Shown here in pieces: positions 1-12,060 of a stretch of 64,000 bases of DNA (within the stretch, counting starts at the first letter, position 1; the number at the start of each line of letters is the position of its first letter). This DNA is from an uncultured Gammaproteobacteria bacterium. Lineage in GTDB: Bacteria > Pseudomonadota > Gammaproteobacteria > Eutrophobiales > Eutrophobiaceae. Made by a program: the position numbers and the translations under genes. Below the pieces are notes generated by a model. It had not been told where the DNA came from. It was given only the letters and a program-made list of their open reading frames with translations, and searched no databases. The DNA lies in NCBI GenBank assembly GCA_958295485.1, contig OY282354.1, positions 2,166,068-2,230,067 on the forward strand. Direction: 5' to 3'.

Positions 1-436
1 TTGTTGAGTTCGAATGAGGGATTTTCAGTCGTGGCGCCAATAAACGTAATGACGCCATTTTCTACATGGGGCAGGAATGCGTCCTGTTGTGACTTGTTAA
101 ACCGGTGCGCCTCATCAACGAACAGCACAGTGTCTTTATCATAAACGTTGCGATACTGTTGCGCCTTGCCAATCGCCTCTCTTATTTCCTTGACGCCACT
201 CAGGACGGCAGACAAAGTCAAAAACTGCGCCTGGCATGATGCAGAGATGATTCGGGCCAAGGTGGTTTTGCCGGTCCCCGGCGCGCCCCAGAAAACCATG
301 GAGTGCAACTGACCGGTTTCGATGGCGACGCGCAATGGCTTGCCTTCTGCAATAAGGTGTTCCTGGCCGCTAAAATCAGCCAGGCGCAGGGGACGCATCC
401 GATCCGCCAATGGACGGTATTCGCTGTTTTCAGGCA
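1..436 (-). CDS. rarA: Replication-associated recombination protein A (RarA/MgsA), N-terminal part; the gene runs off the window start
   Basis: Minus-strand translation from the ATG at 436 reads [35 protein letters not shown]...[15 protein letters not shown]...[40 protein letters not shown]. This shows Walker A and the RarA signature. Order ftsK-lolA-rarA matches E. coli. Confidence 0.88.
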
Positions 437-1081
437 TTATCTTGCATCGATAATATCGATGCCAGGTTGTGGAGAAAACCGGAAGAGTTCCCTGTCCAGT
501 TGAGGATTCCTGCTTGTATTTGTAAAAGTAATCAGCGTCGCCTGGCCCAGGTTGTCGAATAGCATCATGCCTTTCAAGTCGTTGTCAAGGAAAGCCAGCC
601 GCAGTGACCGGTACTGCGATTCAGGGTCTTTTGGCGTCAACTCCAGCCATGCGACGTCATCGTCACTTTCCAGTTCAATAGCGACATAATGTTTGGCCAC
701 GATGAAATCACCGCTGAGTATCAAGGCAGGTGTATCTTCAATGGAAACCGCCGCGTCGTTTATGGTGACTTGATCCAGGTCCTCATCATAAATCCACAGG
801 GTTATGCCGTCACTGATAATTTTTTGTACATAAGGTTCGCGATATGACCAGAAAAACATGCCGGGACGGCGTAGTTGCACGGCGCCTTTGGTTGTTTCCA
901 ATATTTCGCCGGATTCACCGACCAGGCTTTGTTCAAAGTCAGCGGAAAAAGTGTCTAAATCTTCAAGAAAGCTGTCCAGCAGGTTTTTATCCAAAGCGCC
1001 GGTTGTAGCGGATGGGACTTGGAAAGCGATAAAAAATAATTGCCCGGCCAGCAGGTAAACGCTGATTTTTTTCAGGTGCAT
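437..1081 (-). CDS. lolA: Outer-membrane lipoprotein carrier protein LolA
   Basis: 214-aa ORF with an N-terminal signal peptide ([20 protein letters not shown]). Size and position between ftsK and rarA are typical. Its stop abuts the rarA start. Confidence 0.85.
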   Translation of the reverse strand: MHLKKISVYLLAGQLFFIAFQVPSATTGALDKNLLDSFLEDLDTFSADFEQSLVGESGEILETTKGAVQLRRPGMFFWSYREPYVQKIISDGITLWIYDEDLDQVTINDAAVSIEDTPALILSGDFIVAKHYVAIELESDDDVAWLELTPKDPESQYRSLRLAFLDNDLKGMMLFDNLGQATLITFTNTSRNPQLDRELFRFSPQPGIDIIDAR

Positions 1082-1112
1082 GATCGCTGCGCCGGAAAGA
1101 TGCGACCTGCCA

Positions 1113-3431
1113 CTATTCTACCGGGGGCGGAGGCCCTGCCAGTATTTCCCGATTGCCATTGGATTCCAGGGGGCCAACCAATCCACTGGTTTCCATTTCC
1201 TCTACGATCCTTGCCGCACGATTATAGCCTATCTTGAGCCGTCGCTGGATATAGGAAATAGATGCCTTGCGCGTCTCGGTCACAATGCGCACGGCTTCAT
1301 CATAGAGCGGGTCGGTCTCACCCTGGCTGGTCTCCAGCCCGGGGACCAGGTCAGCCCCACCCTCATCGGCGCCCCTGGTGATCTCATCCAGGTACTCCGG
1401 TTCTCCGCGACTTTTGATATTCTCGACTACCTTATGCACTTCATGATCGTCAACAAACGCGCCATGCACCCTTGTTGGTAAGCCGGTGCCCGGTGGCAGG
1501 AACAACATATCGCCGTGACCGAGCAAGTTCTCTGCGCCCATTTGATCCAATATGGTGCGGGAATCCACTTTTGAAGACACCTGAAATGCAATTCGACAGG
1601 GAATATTGGCTTTAATCAGGCCTGTGATTACGTCCACGGAAGGACGTTGCGTAGCGAGGATTAAATGAATGCCCGAAGCCCGGGCCTTTTGCGCCAGTCT
1701 GACGATTAATTCCTCCACCTTTTTCCCGACAGTCATCATCAGGTCCGCCAGTTCATCAATGATGACGATTATGAAAGGAAACACTTCTAATTCCGGCGCC
1801 TCATCCTCATCACTGACAGGTTTGTAAACAGGGTCTGACAGCGGGTGGCCAAGCGCGGCGGCGTCTTTGATCTTTTTGTTATAGCCGGCGATATTTCTTA
1901 CGCCCAATGCCGCCATCAGCTGATAACGACGCTCCATTTCAGCTATGCACCAGCGCAGCGCATTCGCCGCTTCTTTCATATCCGTCACAACCGGGGTCAA
2001 CAGATGGGGGATCCCCTCGTATACGGATAATTCCAGCATTTTCGGATCGATCAATATCAACCGGGTTTCACGGGCGGTTGCCTTGTACAGCAGACTCAAA
2101 ATCATGGCGTTAATGGCAACGGATTTCCCTGACCCGGTAGTGCCGGCAACCAACAGGTGGGGCATCTTGCTGAGATCCATGACGACAGGCTGGCCGCTGA
2201 TGTCTTTACCCAATCCCAATGCCATGTTCGAATCAAGGTTTTCATACTCCTTTGAGTTCAATATCTCACTCAACAAAACCAACTCACGGGCTTCGTTCGG
2301 TATTTCAAGTCCGATGACGGATTTTCCGGGAATCACATCAACGACACGGACGCTGACCACCGACAGGGAACGGGCCAGGTCTTTTGCCAGGTTGCTGATC
2401 TGGCTGCCTTTCACTCCCGGCGCGGGCTGAAGTTCAAATCGGGTAATCACCGGGCCGGGGTTTACTGCGACTACTTCCACTTCTATGTTGAAATCCATCA
2501 GCTTCAATTCCACTTGGCGGGACATGGCCTCCAGGGTTTCCCGCGAATAGCCCCCCGTAGACAGCCCGGGGGTATCCAGCAGGCTCAGCGGTGGCAATAC
2601 TGACTCTGCGGGCGGCGCGAATAAATGCTCCTGCTTTTCCGCTTCGGCCCGGTCGCTGCTCTCCAATTTACCAATGACGGGTTCTATTCGTGGTGGAGGT
2701 CTGTCGCCGGCTTTCCTGTGTTTCTGCCGGATAATGATTTCCCTTTCTTTTTTGATGAGCCTGCTGTAAGCGATTTGTCTGAGAGAATTAATATGATTTC
2801 TTGATTTCAATATGAATGACAAAGTTGCCCGCCCCGTGGTTTCCATTAACCATAACCATGACAACCCGGTATACAGGGTGACACCGATTAAAAACATCGC
2901 CAACATCAGCAGGGTGCTGCCCGGATAGCCAAAGGTATGCAATAGAAATGAACCAAAGGCCATCCCCAAAATCCCACCGGCGCCGCTGGCCTGCTCAGGC
3001 AAATGCGCAGGCAGGTGCGCGCCTGCCTTGAAATGCAGCCAAGCCAGCGCGCAGCTGCCCGAAAACAGCAAGACAAACCCGATAATCCTGAGCGCCAGCA
3101 AGAAACGATCGAGGGGTAGATCGCCCCGACGTGATTTAAAAATACGCCAACCGTCAAAGGCGAATACAGCAGGAAACAAATAACCGGAATAGCCGAAAAC
3201 GTAGAGCAGGATATTCGCAATATAAGCGCCGACAATACCGCCGCCGTTATGAATCTCATCGACAGAGATCGCTTGAGACCAACCTGGATCTGAAGGATGA
3301 TGGGTGAGTAAGGTCAGTGCGGTAAAAAGCGCGATAGCGGCTAAAATGATAACGACAATCTCCTTGATATTCCGCACCACTTTACCGCCGGAAATCCTGG
3401 TAGATCTCTTTTTCTTCGAGGCCTGCGCCAT
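1113..3431 (-). CDS. ftsK: DNA translocase FtsK
   Basis: 772 aa. N-terminal TM helices, Walker A GTTGSGKS, Walker [14 protein letters not shown], and a C-terminal gamma winged helix ([25 protein letters not shown]). Confidence 0.95.
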   Translation of the reverse strand: MAQASKKKRSTRISGGKVVRNIKEIVVIILAAIALFTALTLLTHHPSDPGWSQAISVDEIHNGGGIVGAYIANILLYVFGYSGYLFPAVFAFDGWRIFKSRRGDLPLDRFLLALRIIGFVLLFSGSCALAWLHFKAGAHLPAHLPEQASGAGGILGMAFGSFLLHTFGYPGSTLLMLAMFLIGVTLYTGLSWLWLMETTGRATLSFILKSRNHINSLRQIAYSRLIKKEREIIIRQKHRKAGDRPPPRIEPVIGKLESSDRAEAEKQEHLFAPPAESVLPPLSLLDTPGLSTGGYSRETLEAMSRQVELKLMDFNIEVEVVAVNPGPVITRFELQPAPGVKGSQISNLAKDLARSLSVVSVRVVDVIPGKSVIGLEIPNEARELVLLSEILNSKEYENLDSNMALGLGKDISGQPVVMDLSKMPHLLVAGTTGSGKSVAINAMILSLLYKATARETRLILIDPKMLELSVYEGIPHLLTPVVTDMKEAANALRWCIAEMERRYQLMAALGVRNIAGYNKKIKDAAALGHPLSDPVYKPVSDEDEAPELEVFPFIIVIIDELADLMMTVGKKVEELIVRLAQKARASGIHLILATQRPSVDVITGLIKANIPCRIAFQVSSKVDSRTILDQMGAENLLGHGDMLFLPPGTGLPTRVHGAFVDDHEVHKVVENIKSRGEPEYLDEITRGADEGGADLVPGLETSQGETDPLYDEAVRIVTETRKASISYIQRRLKIGYNRAARIVEEMETSGLVGPLESNGNREILAGPPPPVE

Positions 3432-3674
3432 ACTTAAACCTGTTTCAATAAAAGCTAATCTATATTAATGTTTATTAAGAGAAAAGAAAAGGGGTGTATT
3501 AAAACAAATAAAACGAGAGTTTACCCACCGGATTCCAGTTTCCGTTCTCTAATTCGGGACACCCATTAATTATGCAGTAAAAATCGGAACCCTCCTCAAG
3601 AACAAATAAAACGAAGATTGCAGTATGAATTATGGTAGAATTAACAATCTGTTTTTCTTTCAATCGGGTTAGCC

Positions 3675-4010
3675 ATGTCAAAGAAACCGATATACAAAGT
3701 GATATTTTATAATCAGGGCAAGATTTATGAAATCTATGCCCGGAGCGTGCATCAAGGCGCCATGTTCGGCTTTATCGAAATGGAAAAATTAGTATTTGGA
3801 GAAAAAAACTCGGTTGTGGTGGACCCCTCGGAAGAAAATTTGAAATCCGAGTTCAGTCACGTGACCCGTACTTACATTCCCATGCATTCCATTGTCAGGA
3901 TCGATGAAGTGGACAAACAAGGCACTGCCAAGGTAACGGAATATGACGGCAAGGGGGAAAACATCATGGCCTTCCCGGTTTACACGAAGGGCGGGGAAGA
4001 AGCTAACTGA
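3675..4010 (+). CDS. DUF1820-family small protein
   Basis: 111-aa ORF MSKKPIYKVIFYNQGKIYEIYARSVHQG...RTYIPMHSIVRIDEV. It resembles the conserved gammaproteobacterial DUF1820 family as I recall it. Confidence 0.65.
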   Translation: MSKKPIYKVIFYNQGKIYEIYARSVHQGAMFGFIEMEKLVFGEKNSVVVDPSEENLKSEFSHVTRTYIPMHSIVRIDEVDKQGTAKVTEYDGKGENIMAFPVYTKGGEEAN

Positions 4011-4225
4011 AAAAGCGGGAGAGATACAAGCCCGCTCGCCGGCCCTGTCAATGCAAGATCATCGCATCCAGCCCAACCTGGCATGGCAACAAAGCGATAT
4101 AATCACTGTAACTCATTGGCAATAAAGAATTTTCCGCTAATGACAAGCGATCCTGAATTACAACCTTCCAGGGCTTTGCCCGTACCCGGTATGGGGGCGC
4201 GCCGGGCAAGCCATGCAGGTTAGCA

Positions 4226-5380
4226 ATGGAGATTGCCGTCAAACAAATAAGAAACCTCAATACGGTCAATCGAAAAGAATGGAACCAACTGAATATCAAC
4301 GGCAACCCGTTTTTACAATATGATTTTCTTAATGGCCTGGAACAATTCAAATGCCTTGAAGGACATGGATGGGAGCCTTGCCACCTGATAGCGACAAACG
4401 GAAAAAAACTGGTTGGGGCGCTGCCACTCTATATCAAGGACAACTCCTACGGAGAATTCGTGTTTGACTGGTCCTGGGCGGACGCTTATGAAAGGGCCGG
4501 CGGAAAATATTACCCCAAACTGGTGTCTGCCATCCCCTTCACGCCGGTATGCGGCCCCCGGATTCTAACCAATAATTCCCTGGCGGGCATCGACGATATA
4601 AAGGCATTAATTATCAAGGCGGCAATCGGGTTCGCTGACTACGCGCAAATATCGTCATTTCATTGCCTGTTTACCCAGCCGGATGACCGGGAGGCGTTGG
4701 CAAAGCACGGTATGTTATTGCGCAAGACCTGCCAGTTCCACTGGCGCAACCGTGATTACCGTGATTTTGATGATTTCCTGGAGAGCATGACTTCCAAACG
4801 GCGCAAGCAGATAAAGCGGGAACGCAAAAAAATAAAGGAAGACAACATTGAAATATTGAGGCTTCGGGGAGCGGAAATCACTGAAGAACAATGGACTGTT
4901 TTTTATGAATTTTATTGCGCCACCTTTTATAAAAGATGGGGAAATCCCCGCCTGTCACTGGATTTTTTTCTCAATTTAAGCGGCAACCTGCCCGACAACA
5001 CCTTGCTGATACTGGCAAAACAGGATAGCGAATACATCGCCGGCGCATTTGCCATGCTCAGTGACACCACCTTGTATGGCCGGCACTGGGGCTGCGGCAG
5101 ACATTTAACCAACCTGCATTTTGAATTATGTTACTACCAGACAATCGAATATTGCCTGGAAAACCGGTTGCGCTCGGTTGATGCAGGTGTCCAGGGTGAG
5201 CATAAAATCAATCGGGGTTTTGATCCGGTCTCTATGGTATCCGGTCACTGGATACGCCATCCCGGGTTTCGCACTGCCATTGATAAATACCTGCAACAGG
5301 AAACCGCTGAAATGAATTCGTATATTCGAACCCTGGAGGCGCATTCACCCTATAAGAATAAGGATGATTCACAAGCATGA
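4226..5380 (+). CDS. GNAT/FemAB-like acyltransferase-fold protein (PF04339, former DUF482 type)
   Basis: 384-aa ORF. The N-terminus (NGNPFLQYDFLNGLEQFKCLEGHGWEPCHL) is typical of that family. Its stop overlaps the aat start (ATGA). Confidence 0.7.
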   Translation: MEIAVKQIRNLNTVNRKEWNQLNINGNPFLQYDFLNGLEQFKCLEGHGWEPCHLIATNGKKLVGALPLYIKDNSYGEFVFDWSWADAYERAGGKYYPKLVSAIPFTPVCGPRILTNNSLAGIDDIKALIIKAAIGFADYAQISSFHCLFTQPDDREALAKHGMLLRKTCQFHWRNRDYRDFDDFLESMTSKRRKQIKRERKKIKEDNIEILRLRGAEITEEQWTVFYEFYCATFYKRWGNPRLSLDFFLNLSGNLPDNTLLILAKQDSEYIAGAFAMLSDTTLYGRHWGCGRHLTNLHFELCYYQTIEYCLENRLRSVDAGVQGEHKINRGFDPVSMVSGHWIRHPGFRTAIDKYLQQETAEMNSYIRTLEAHSPYKNKDDSQA

Positions 5381-6123
5381 CTCAACCGGGCAAAACTCAG
5401 TCAACCGACAGCCAACTGTACTGGGTGGCTGATAACGTCATAGCCACGGACTTCCCCGACGCCGCAACCGCCCTGCGCGACCCGGAAGGATTGCTGGCCA
5501 TCGGCGGGGACCTGGAGCCTGACCGCCTTCTCAATGCCTACCGTCGGGGTATTTTTCCATGGTACAGCCAGGGCCAGCCTGTTCTCTGGTGGTCCCCGAA
5601 CCCCCGTTGCGTCCTGGAACCGGATGCCGTCAAGATCAGCAAGAGCCTGGCAAAAACCCTGAAAAAGAAAAAATTCACGGTGACTTTCAACCAGGCGTTT
5701 GCCGACGTGGTTAAAGCCTGCGCCGCCCCCCGGGAGCCAACGGCGAGCACCTGGATTACAACTGACATGGCCATGGCTTATATCAAATTACATCACATGG
5801 GTTACGGCGTTTCAGTTGAGTGTTGGCATAACGATATTTTGGCGGGCGGACTTTATGGCGTAGTCATCGGCAAAGTATTTTTCGGGGAATCCATGTTCAG
5901 TCGCATAACCGATGCATCCAAAGTTGCCCTGGCGCACCTCGCGTATCAATTAAATGAGATGCGTTTTCGCATAATTGATTGCCAGGTTCATTCAAGCCAC
6001 TTGCAGAATCTCGGGGCAAAATCAATGCCGAGAGATTTGTTCACAGACATCCTGGAGCGCCACTGCTCACCGGATAAAAAACACGATTGGCCGGCCATCT
6101 CCGAACTATCATGCCTGGCGTGA
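5377..6123 (+). CDS. aat: Leucyl/phenylalanyl-tRNA--protein transferase
   Basis: 248 aa with the [13 protein letters not shown]...[10 protein letters not shown] motif. aat-infA neighbourhood as in E. coli. Confidence 0.9.
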   Translation: MTQPGKTQSTDSQLYWVADNVIATDFPDAATALRDPEGLLAIGGDLEPDRLLNAYRRGIFPWYSQGQPVLWWSPNPRCVLEPDAVKISKSLAKTLKKKKFTVTFNQAFADVVKACAAPREPTASTWITTDMAMAYIKLHHMGYGVSVECWHNDILAGGLYGVVIGKVFFGESMFSRITDASKVALAHLAYQLNEMRFRIIDCQVHSSHLQNLGAKSMPRDLFTDILERHCSPDKKHDWPAISELSCLA

Positions 6124-6250
6124 CTTACGTGAAAAAGTCGGGTTTTTCAGAAACAGCAAGAAAACAGCGGGAACTCCCGGCAAGAAAAAGTTGGACTGGC
6201 GCAAGGACTATTTTTCAGGCACAATTTTGTTTTTAAACCATAGAGGAACC

Positions 6251-6469
6251 ATGTCGAAAGAAGATCAAATTGAAATGGAAGGGACGATAATCGAAACCCT
6301 GCCGAATACCATGTTCAGGGTCAAACTGGATAACGGACATGTCATTACTGCCCATATTTCCGGGAAGATGCGAAAAAACTACATACGGATCCTGACGGGA
6401 GACCGTGTAATTGTTGAAATGACCCCTTATGACCTGTCGAAAGGCAGAATCACATACCGTAATCGATAA
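6251..6469 (+). CDS. infA: Translation initiation factor IF-1
   Basis: The last 72 codons of ORF 5975..6469 read [75 protein letters not shown] at 6251. Confidence 0.97.
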   Translation: MSKEDQIEMEGTIIETLPNTMFRVKLDNGHVITAHISGKMRKNYIRILTGDRVIVEMTPYDLSKGRITYRNR

Positions 6470-6474
6470 GCGGG

Positions 6475-7230
6475 TTAATTGCCGTATAATTTGTTGGCAA
6501 GTTCAAGGTCTTCAGGCGCGTTGATTTCCAGCCCGGTTTTTTCCTTTGCTTGTTCGACGTGAATCTTGAAACCATGATACAACGCCCGGAGTTGCTCCAG
6601 CCTTTCCGTTCGCTCAAGCTCGCAAACAGGCAGCCCGGCATAGATTTTCAGGAATTCGCAGGTATACGCATAAATACCGATATGGCGGTATTGCCCGTGC
6701 GCAGCCTGGCCCGCGCCAGGCTCTTCCGGCTCTTTCCAGGGAATGGGTGAACGACTGAAAAAGAGCGCATAGCCTTGATGGTCAGCCACCACTTTTACCG
6801 TATTGGGATTATTCAACTCGGCCGTGGATTGAATGGGCATATACAAGCTCGCAATGGCAGCCGCTTTTTTGCCGGCCAGGTTATTTGCGACCTGGTTAAT
6901 CAATGCCGGTGGTAGATCGAGCTGGTCGCCCTGTACGTTGACGATGATGCAATCATCGGATAATCCCAACAGCGTCACGGCTTCGGCAATGCGGTCCGTC
7001 CCCGATTGATGCGCCTTGGCAGTCCTGACGACCTTATCTGCAAATTCTTTCGCCGCCGCTTCAATCCGTTTATCATCAGTGGCGATAATAACGTCTGTTG
7101 CATTACTTTTTACAGCAGCCTGATATACGTGCCACAGCAGTGGGCAGCCACCTATATCGAGCAACGGCTTTCCCGGCAGGCGCGCCGAATCGAACCTGGC
7201 GGGAATAACGACGAAAAAATCCTGCTTCAC
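6475..7230 (-). CDS. kdsB: 3-deoxy-manno-octulosonate cytidylyltransferase (CMP-KDO synthetase)
   Basis: 251 aa. N-terminal [17 protein letters not shown] motif. lpxK-ycaR-kdsB synteny. Confidence 0.93.
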   Translation of the reverse strand: MKQDFFVVIPARFDSARLPGKPLLDIGGCPLLWHVYQAAVKSNATDVIIATDDKRIEAAAKEFADKVVRTAKAHQSGTDRIAEAVTLLGLSDDCIIVNVQGDQLDLPPALINQVANNLAGKKAAAIASLYMPIQSTAELNNPNTVKVVADHQGYALFFSRSPIPWKEPEEPGAGQAAHGQYRHIGIYAYTCEFLKIYAGLPVCELERTERLEQLRALYHGFKIHVEQAKEKTGLEINAPEDLELANKLYGN

Positions 7231-7418
7231 TTCGAGTAGCGCTCTACTTCTTCCGGGGTCAGGGGGCGGGCCTCATTTTCCAGCATGATTGGAATGTCAT
7301 CCCGAATTGAATAGGCCAGCCTTCCTGCAACCGAAATCAGCTCCTGTTTTGATTTATCATAGATCAAGGGGCCTTTGGTCACCGGGCAGGCCAGGATGTC
7401 CAACAATTTTTTATCCAT
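7227..7418 (-). CDS. ycaR: Trm112/YcaR-family small protein (UPF0434)
   Basis: 63 aa, [14 protein letters not shown] motif. Overlaps lpxK and kdsB by a few nt as in the conserved operon. Confidence 0.85.
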   Translation of the reverse strand: MDKKLLDILACPVTKGPLIYDKSKQELISVAGRLAYSIRDDIPIMLENEARPLTPEEVERYSK

Positions 7419-8457
7419 GCATCACTTCCTCCAACAAGTTTTCGAGTTCGCGTTCAAAAGTTTCAGGCAGTTCTGCCTCTATGGGAATATACCATGCGTC
7501 TTTCAGGTCATAGCGCCGACATTTTACCGCATCTTTTTCAGTCATCAGCACGGCTGAATTGTCATCGAATTCAAGGTCGGACTGCTTGAATCCGTAATGA
7601 TCGGGAAATACGTGCTGTTTGATATTAACCCCATTCTGTCGCAACATGGAAAAAAACCGGCTGGGATTGCTGATAGCGGCAACTGCGTGGACGGTTTGGC
7701 CCCTGAAGCCGGATAATTCTTGTTCGCGTCCACCATACAATGACTTTGCCGGCAGGCTGATATATTCCATGAGGAACTCGCCGCTGCCGGCTTTGGCGTT
7801 GGCGACGACCAGGTCCACCGTATTCAGCCTGCCTACGGGCTCGCGCAGGGGACCTGCGGGAATACAGCATTGGTTGCCAAAACGCCTGTCTCCGTCAATC
7901 ACGACTATTTCAATGTCCCGGCGCAGGGCCGTATGTTGCAAGCCGTCATCACAAAGCAGGATATCGCAATCCGCGTGTTGTAAAATTTCCCTGGCCGCCC
8001 TTACCCGACTGGGCGACACTGCGACCGGACAGCGGGTGCGCTGCGCCAATAGCACGGGCTCATCGCCAACCAGCGCCGGATTGCTGGCCGGGTTGACTCG
8101 TTGCGCCCGCGTCCTCATCCCGGCGAAGCGGGCCCTGGCATGTTGTAATCCAGTGGCCGGAATCCGATCGAATAGCGCGCCACCGTAGCCCCTGCTGATA
8201 ATGCCGGGTTTATATCCATGGGACTTCAGATACCGGGCCAGCCAGATGACAAGCGGGGTTTTGCCGGTCCCTCCCACGGTCAGGTTCCCTACTACGATTA
8301 CTGGCGCCCCAACCCCATGTACAGGCAATATGCCGGTTGAATAGATCAATTTACGACACGCTACAACCAGGCGGTAAAGCCAGCTTAAAGGGAGCAGCAG
8401 CATGGACAGGGGATGCTTGCCGTACCAGACAGACTGTACCCAAGACTCAAACAGCAT
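7411..8457 (-). CDS. lpxK: Tetraacyldisaccharide 4'-kinase
   Basis: 348 aa. P-loop [20 protein letters not shown] and GDEPVLLA motifs. Confidence 0.93.
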   Translation of the reverse strand: MLFESWVQSVWYGKHPLSMLLLPLSWLYRLVVACRKLIYSTGILPVHGVGAPVIVVGNLTVGGTGKTPLVIWLARYLKSHGYKPGIISRGYGGALFDRIPATGLQHARARFAGMRTRAQRVNPASNPALVGDEPVLLAQRTRCPVAVSPSRVRAAREILQHADCDILLCDDGLQHTALRRDIEIVVIDGDRRFGNQCCIPAGPLREPVGRLNTVDLVVANAKAGSGEFLMEYISLPAKSLYGGREQELSGFRGQTVHAVAAISNPSRFFSMLRQNGVNIKQHVFPDHYGFKQSDLEFDDNSAVLMTEKDAVKCRRYDLKDAWYIPIEAELPETFERELENLLEEVMHG

Positions 8458-8558
8458 TTTCTTCAGTTATATCCACAGGCAGGGCGGATTTTCACAGGTG
8501 AAAGACAAGCCCCTGATATTTTTTCATCTACGCTCATCAGCGCCACCTGCGGACTGAT

Positions 8559-8978
8559 TTATTCTTCTTCCAGGACCTCGGTTGCAAATGTGATTTTAAC
8601 GAGACCCAGCTGGCGGGCGACATCCATGATCCTGATGACTGATTGATGACTGGTTCCTGCGTCGGCGTTGATAACAACCGCCGGCTCATCAAGAACCTGC
8701 ATACTACTCCGTATCGCCTCGCGAATCGTCGTTAATCGAGAGTTTGCCAAGGGTCGATCATCGACATAAATGAGTTCGTTGGCATCAATCGTGACCGTGA
8801 CAACATCAGACTCTGTCTCCACCTGATCTTCCGAGGCCTTTGGCAGTGTTATTTTTATCTCCGAATGACGTTCGAATGTAGTAGAAACCATGAAGAAGAT
8901 CAGTAATAAAAATACGATATCAATAAGCGGGGTGATATTGACTTCAATTTCTTCTTTCCGTTGCGGGCGCAGGTTCAT
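8559..8978 (-). CDS. exbD: Biopolymer transport protein ExbD/TolR family
   Basis: 139 aa. Single N-terminal TM segment (INITPLIDIVFLLLIFFMV). Overlaps the upstream exbB-like gene. Confidence 0.85.
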   Translation of the reverse strand: MNLRPQRKEEIEVNITPLIDIVFLLLIFFMVSTTFERHSEIKITLPKASEDQVETESDVVTVTIDANELIYVDDRPLANSRLTTIREAIRSSMQVLDEPAVVINADAGTSHQSVIRIMDVARQLGLVKITFATEVLEEE

Positions 8979-9601
8979 TCTGTTTCCCCATCCGTGACTT
9001 CGACTATATGCATCACTTCAACCATTTTCAACGCTTCCTGTTCCATGGTCACTACTAATTCATCTACCCGTCCACGGAAATACCGATAAAACATCAATGA
9101 GGGTATGGCTACGGTCAACCCGGCCGCCGTGGTGATCAATGCTTCAGAAATCCCCTCGGCCAGGGTACCCGGGTCACCGATACCCTGTGCTGTAATGACG
9201 GCAAAAACCTTGATCATCCCGATGACCGTGCCCAATAATCCGAGTAACGGGGTAATTGAAGCGATCGTGCCGAGGGTATTCAAAAATCTCTCTAAATCAT
9301 GGGCCACGTGCCGGCCGACTTCCTCTATGTTTTCCTTCATCACTTCCCGGTCGCGGTTTCTGTTAACCAGCCCGGCTGCAAGGATCTTGCCTAGCGGAGA
9401 GCCTTCTTTTAATCTTTGTATGCGAATCGCATCTAAAATACCTGCTTCGTCCCATTGCCAGACCTGCGCGACCAGGTTCATGGGTATTATGCGTTTCGTT
9501 TGCAGGGACCAAAAACGTTCTGCAATAATTGCCAGCGAAATAATCGAACACAAAACCAGCGGCCACATCAGAAAACCGCCATCTCTAACTAATTCAAGCA
9601 C
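8975..9601 (-). CDS. exbB: MotA/TolQ/ExbB proton-channel family protein
   Basis: 208 aa, three TM segments, conserved LGLLGTVIGMI...ALITTAAGL core. Confidence 0.85.
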   Translation of the reverse strand: MLELVRDGGFLMWPLVLCSIISLAIIAERFWSLQTKRIIPMNLVAQVWQWDEAGILDAIRIQRLKEGSPLGKILAAGLVNRNRDREVMKENIEEVGRHVAHDLERFLNTLGTIASITPLLGLLGTVIGMIKVFAVITAQGIGDPGTLAEGISEALITTAAGLTVAIPSLMFYRYFRGRVDELVVTMEQEALKMVEVMHIVEVTDGETE

Positions 9602-9622
9602 TTGAATCTCCTTTTGTTCAGT

Positions 9623-11920
9623 TTAAGGGCTTGTAGTGTGCCAGAATCGGCGATTTTTTTTCCGGTGCTCCATCACTTCAATTTCTGTCCCCTTTATGGT
9701 TACCCGGATTGCCCCGCTCTTGGCCGTAGTCAGCATTTTTGCCTTGTGGCCCTTGTAGCGGGTGATTATATCCTGATTCGGTAATTTAAATCGATTTCTG
9801 TATCCCACCGGGAATATGACGATATCCGGAGAAACGGCTTCGATAAAGCCCCGGGTGGAAGATGTTCTGCTGCCGTGATGGGGGGCAATAAGAATATTGG
9901 ACTCTAACCGGTTATCATGCCGTTTTATCAGCCTCCGTTCGGCGCTCTTTTCGATATCCCCGGTCAGGAGCAGGGTGAGGTTCCGGGCGCTTATCCGCAA
10001 TACACAGGAGCGATTATTACCCGATAAACTCGTGTCAATCGCGGGGTGTAAAACGTCGAAACGCACACCATCCCATTGCCAGGATTGGCCATCGTGGCAA
10101 TCCCGGACCGGCCCGCGTGGTATTCGCTCCGGCACGCTGCTGATAACCCCCATAATCGGTATTTCATCGATGATCCCCTTTAATCCGCCGATATGATCAT
10201 TGTCCCCATGACTTTGAACAAGCAAATCGACGGAAGCAATGCCTGACGCTCTCAAAAAAGGCAATACCACTGCCTCGCCCGTATTAAATCCTGAGGCATA
10301 ACCCGGACCGACATCATAGAGCAGGTTATGGTTTTCTGTTTGAACTACGATAGAAAGCCCCTGCCCTACGTCTAATACAGTCATGGCGACATCACCAAAA
10401 GGTGGCTCTTGTTCAATGGGAAAGAACAATGGCATCAACCAGATTAACCCCAGCCACCGGGCCGTTATCCCCGCCGGGAGCAATAGTATCAAGACACCGA
10501 TGGCGGCCAGGGTCATGGTCATTATTTCGGGCTGGATTACCGGGATTAAATGGATTTGCCAGAGCATGAAAAAATCCAGGACCGACCAGAGGCCGTGCAA
10601 GGACAACAGTGAAAGCTCCAATAAAAGTTTCGCCAGCGCGGAATGGATGAATAACAGTCCGCAACCACTAAGGATAAGGGGTATCACGATAAAACTGACC
10701 CAGGGAACCGCCAGCATATTGGCAAATATGCTGAATACCGGGATCTGCTGGTAATAAAACGCCAGCGCCGGCAATAAACCCAGGCTGACGACGTATTGAA
10801 CCCGCCCCCACTGCCACCACCAATGGCGTTGATGATGGATTCTGTGGCTGACGCCGTAGATAATTACCGCCACTGCGGTAAAGGACAACCAGAAACTGGC
10901 TGACAAGGGAGCAAAAGGATCAATAATCAGAACGGCAATAATGGCTATGCCGAGCGCGTCACCCGGAATGATCCCCCGGCCATATAATTTCATGCTGAAA
11001 TACACGCACAACATGATCAGGGCGCGTTGCGTCGGCAATGAAAATCCCGCCAGCAGCGCATATATCAAGGCCGCGAACATTGCGCCCGCCGAAGCGATCC
11101 TGGAGGCCGGGACGTTGACGAACGGCCCAAGACTCCAGGTCCATATTTTCAGTACCAGCAGGTAGGCAAGACTTGCAATCAACCCTATATGCAGGCCGGA
11201 AATGGCAATCAGGTGATTGGTGCCCGTCGCGGTCAATACCCGCCATTGCGCATCACTGATGCCATTCCTGTCGCCTATGGCCAGGGCGGGGATAAAACCG
11301 GCCAATGAGTCGGCATCGATTATTTCCTGGATTTTATTTTTTATGACAAGTCGGATGGCGTTCAGGTTAAATCCATTGGCATCAGCTAATTTGACGTTAT
11401 CCCGGCTGTCTACAACATATCCCGTTGCCCTCAGCCTGTTTTGGAACAGCCAGGCCTCATAATCAAAGCCGCCGGGGTTCATAAAACCATGGGGCCGCTT
11501 CATCCTTATTTTCAGGCGCCATCTCTCGCCGGGTTTTACCGGTTGATGCCCCTGGTACCAGCTCAGCCTTACCTTGCCCGGATTTGATTCGGTTGCCTGT
11601 CCATTACGATAGAGGTTTTCAATGTTGAAGTTGAAGCGAGCGGACCTGTCATTCGTTTCCGGCAGTGATGCAACCAGGCCTTCCGCATACAGCGTTTTCC
11701 CTTCGTCCTGCGGCAATAATTCATGTTGCAGAAGCAGATGAGCGCTAAAAAGCGTCCAGAGAAACCCGCAAATCAGACAAGCGGGATAACAAAAATGACA
11801 GTATCTCCAACCCAGGCCGGCAACCAGGGGCAATGCAAGTGAAAAACAGAACGCGGGCAACAAAGGCAGGCGGGCGCAAATAACAACGCCGGATAAAAAC
11901 AGCAGTCCCTTCAACAGCAT
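9623..11920 (-). CDS. comEC: DNA internalization-related competence protein ComEC/Rec2
   Basis: 765 aa. Polytopic membrane core plus a C-terminal metallo-beta-lactamase domain (VQSHGDNDHIGG). Position next to the lol genes as in Pseudomonas. Confidence 0.9.
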   Translation of the reverse strand: MLLKGLLFLSGVVICARLPLLPAFCFSLALPLVAGLGWRYCHFCYPACLICGFLWTLFSAHLLLQHELLPQDEGKTLYAEGLVASLPETNDRSARFNFNIENLYRNGQATESNPGKVRLSWYQGHQPVKPGERWRLKIRMKRPHGFMNPGGFDYEAWLFQNRLRATGYVVDSRDNVKLADANGFNLNAIRLVIKNKIQEIIDADSLAGFIPALAIGDRNGISDAQWRVLTATGTNHLIAISGLHIGLIASLAYLLVLKIWTWSLGPFVNVPASRIASAGAMFAALIYALLAGFSLPTQRALIMLCVYFSMKLYGRGIIPGDALGIAIIAVLIIDPFAPLSASFWLSFTAVAVIIYGVSHRIHHQRHWWWQWGRVQYVVSLGLLPALAFYYQQIPVFSIFANMLAVPWVSFIVIPLILSGCGLLFIHSALAKLLLELSLLSLHGLWSVLDFFMLWQIHLIPVIQPEIMTMTLAAIGVLILLLPAGITARWLGLIWLMPLFFPIEQEPPFGDVAMTVLDVGQGLSIVVQTENHNLLYDVGPGYASGFNTGEAVVLPFLRASGIASVDLLVQSHGDNDHIGGLKGIIDEIPIMGVISSVPERIPRGPVRDCHDGQSWQWDGVRFDVLHPAIDTSLSGNNRSCVLRISARNLTLLLTGDIEKSAERRLIKRHDNRLESNILIAPHHGSRTSSTRGFIEAVSPDIVIFPVGYRNRFKLPNQDIITRYKGHKAKMLTTAKSGAIRVTIKGTEIEVMEHRKKNRRFWHTTSP

Positions 11921-12017
11921 GACTCGATTCCCTTCCTGTGTGACCTTTTTTATTCAGAAATTCCGTTTTATCCACTCCCGGCAGGGGTGTGTTATACCAT
12001 AAATACAAGGCGCTGTC

Positions 12018-12045
12018 AGTGAAGTTTGAAGTGTGAAGCTTTGAG
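12018..12045. repeat. Heptamer array, 4 units (agtgaag tttgaag tgtgaag ctttgag)
   Basis: Same NNTGAAG family. Intergenic, upstream of comEC. Confidence 0.8.
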
Positions 12046-12060
12046 AGGACCTGTTCCCAA

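Noticed and set aside
5975-6250. Upstream 92 codons of the 164-aa ORF that contains infA.
   Set aside because: This part overlaps the aat 3' end and the spacer. Only the last 72 codons match IF-1, and they begin with an ATG at 6251.
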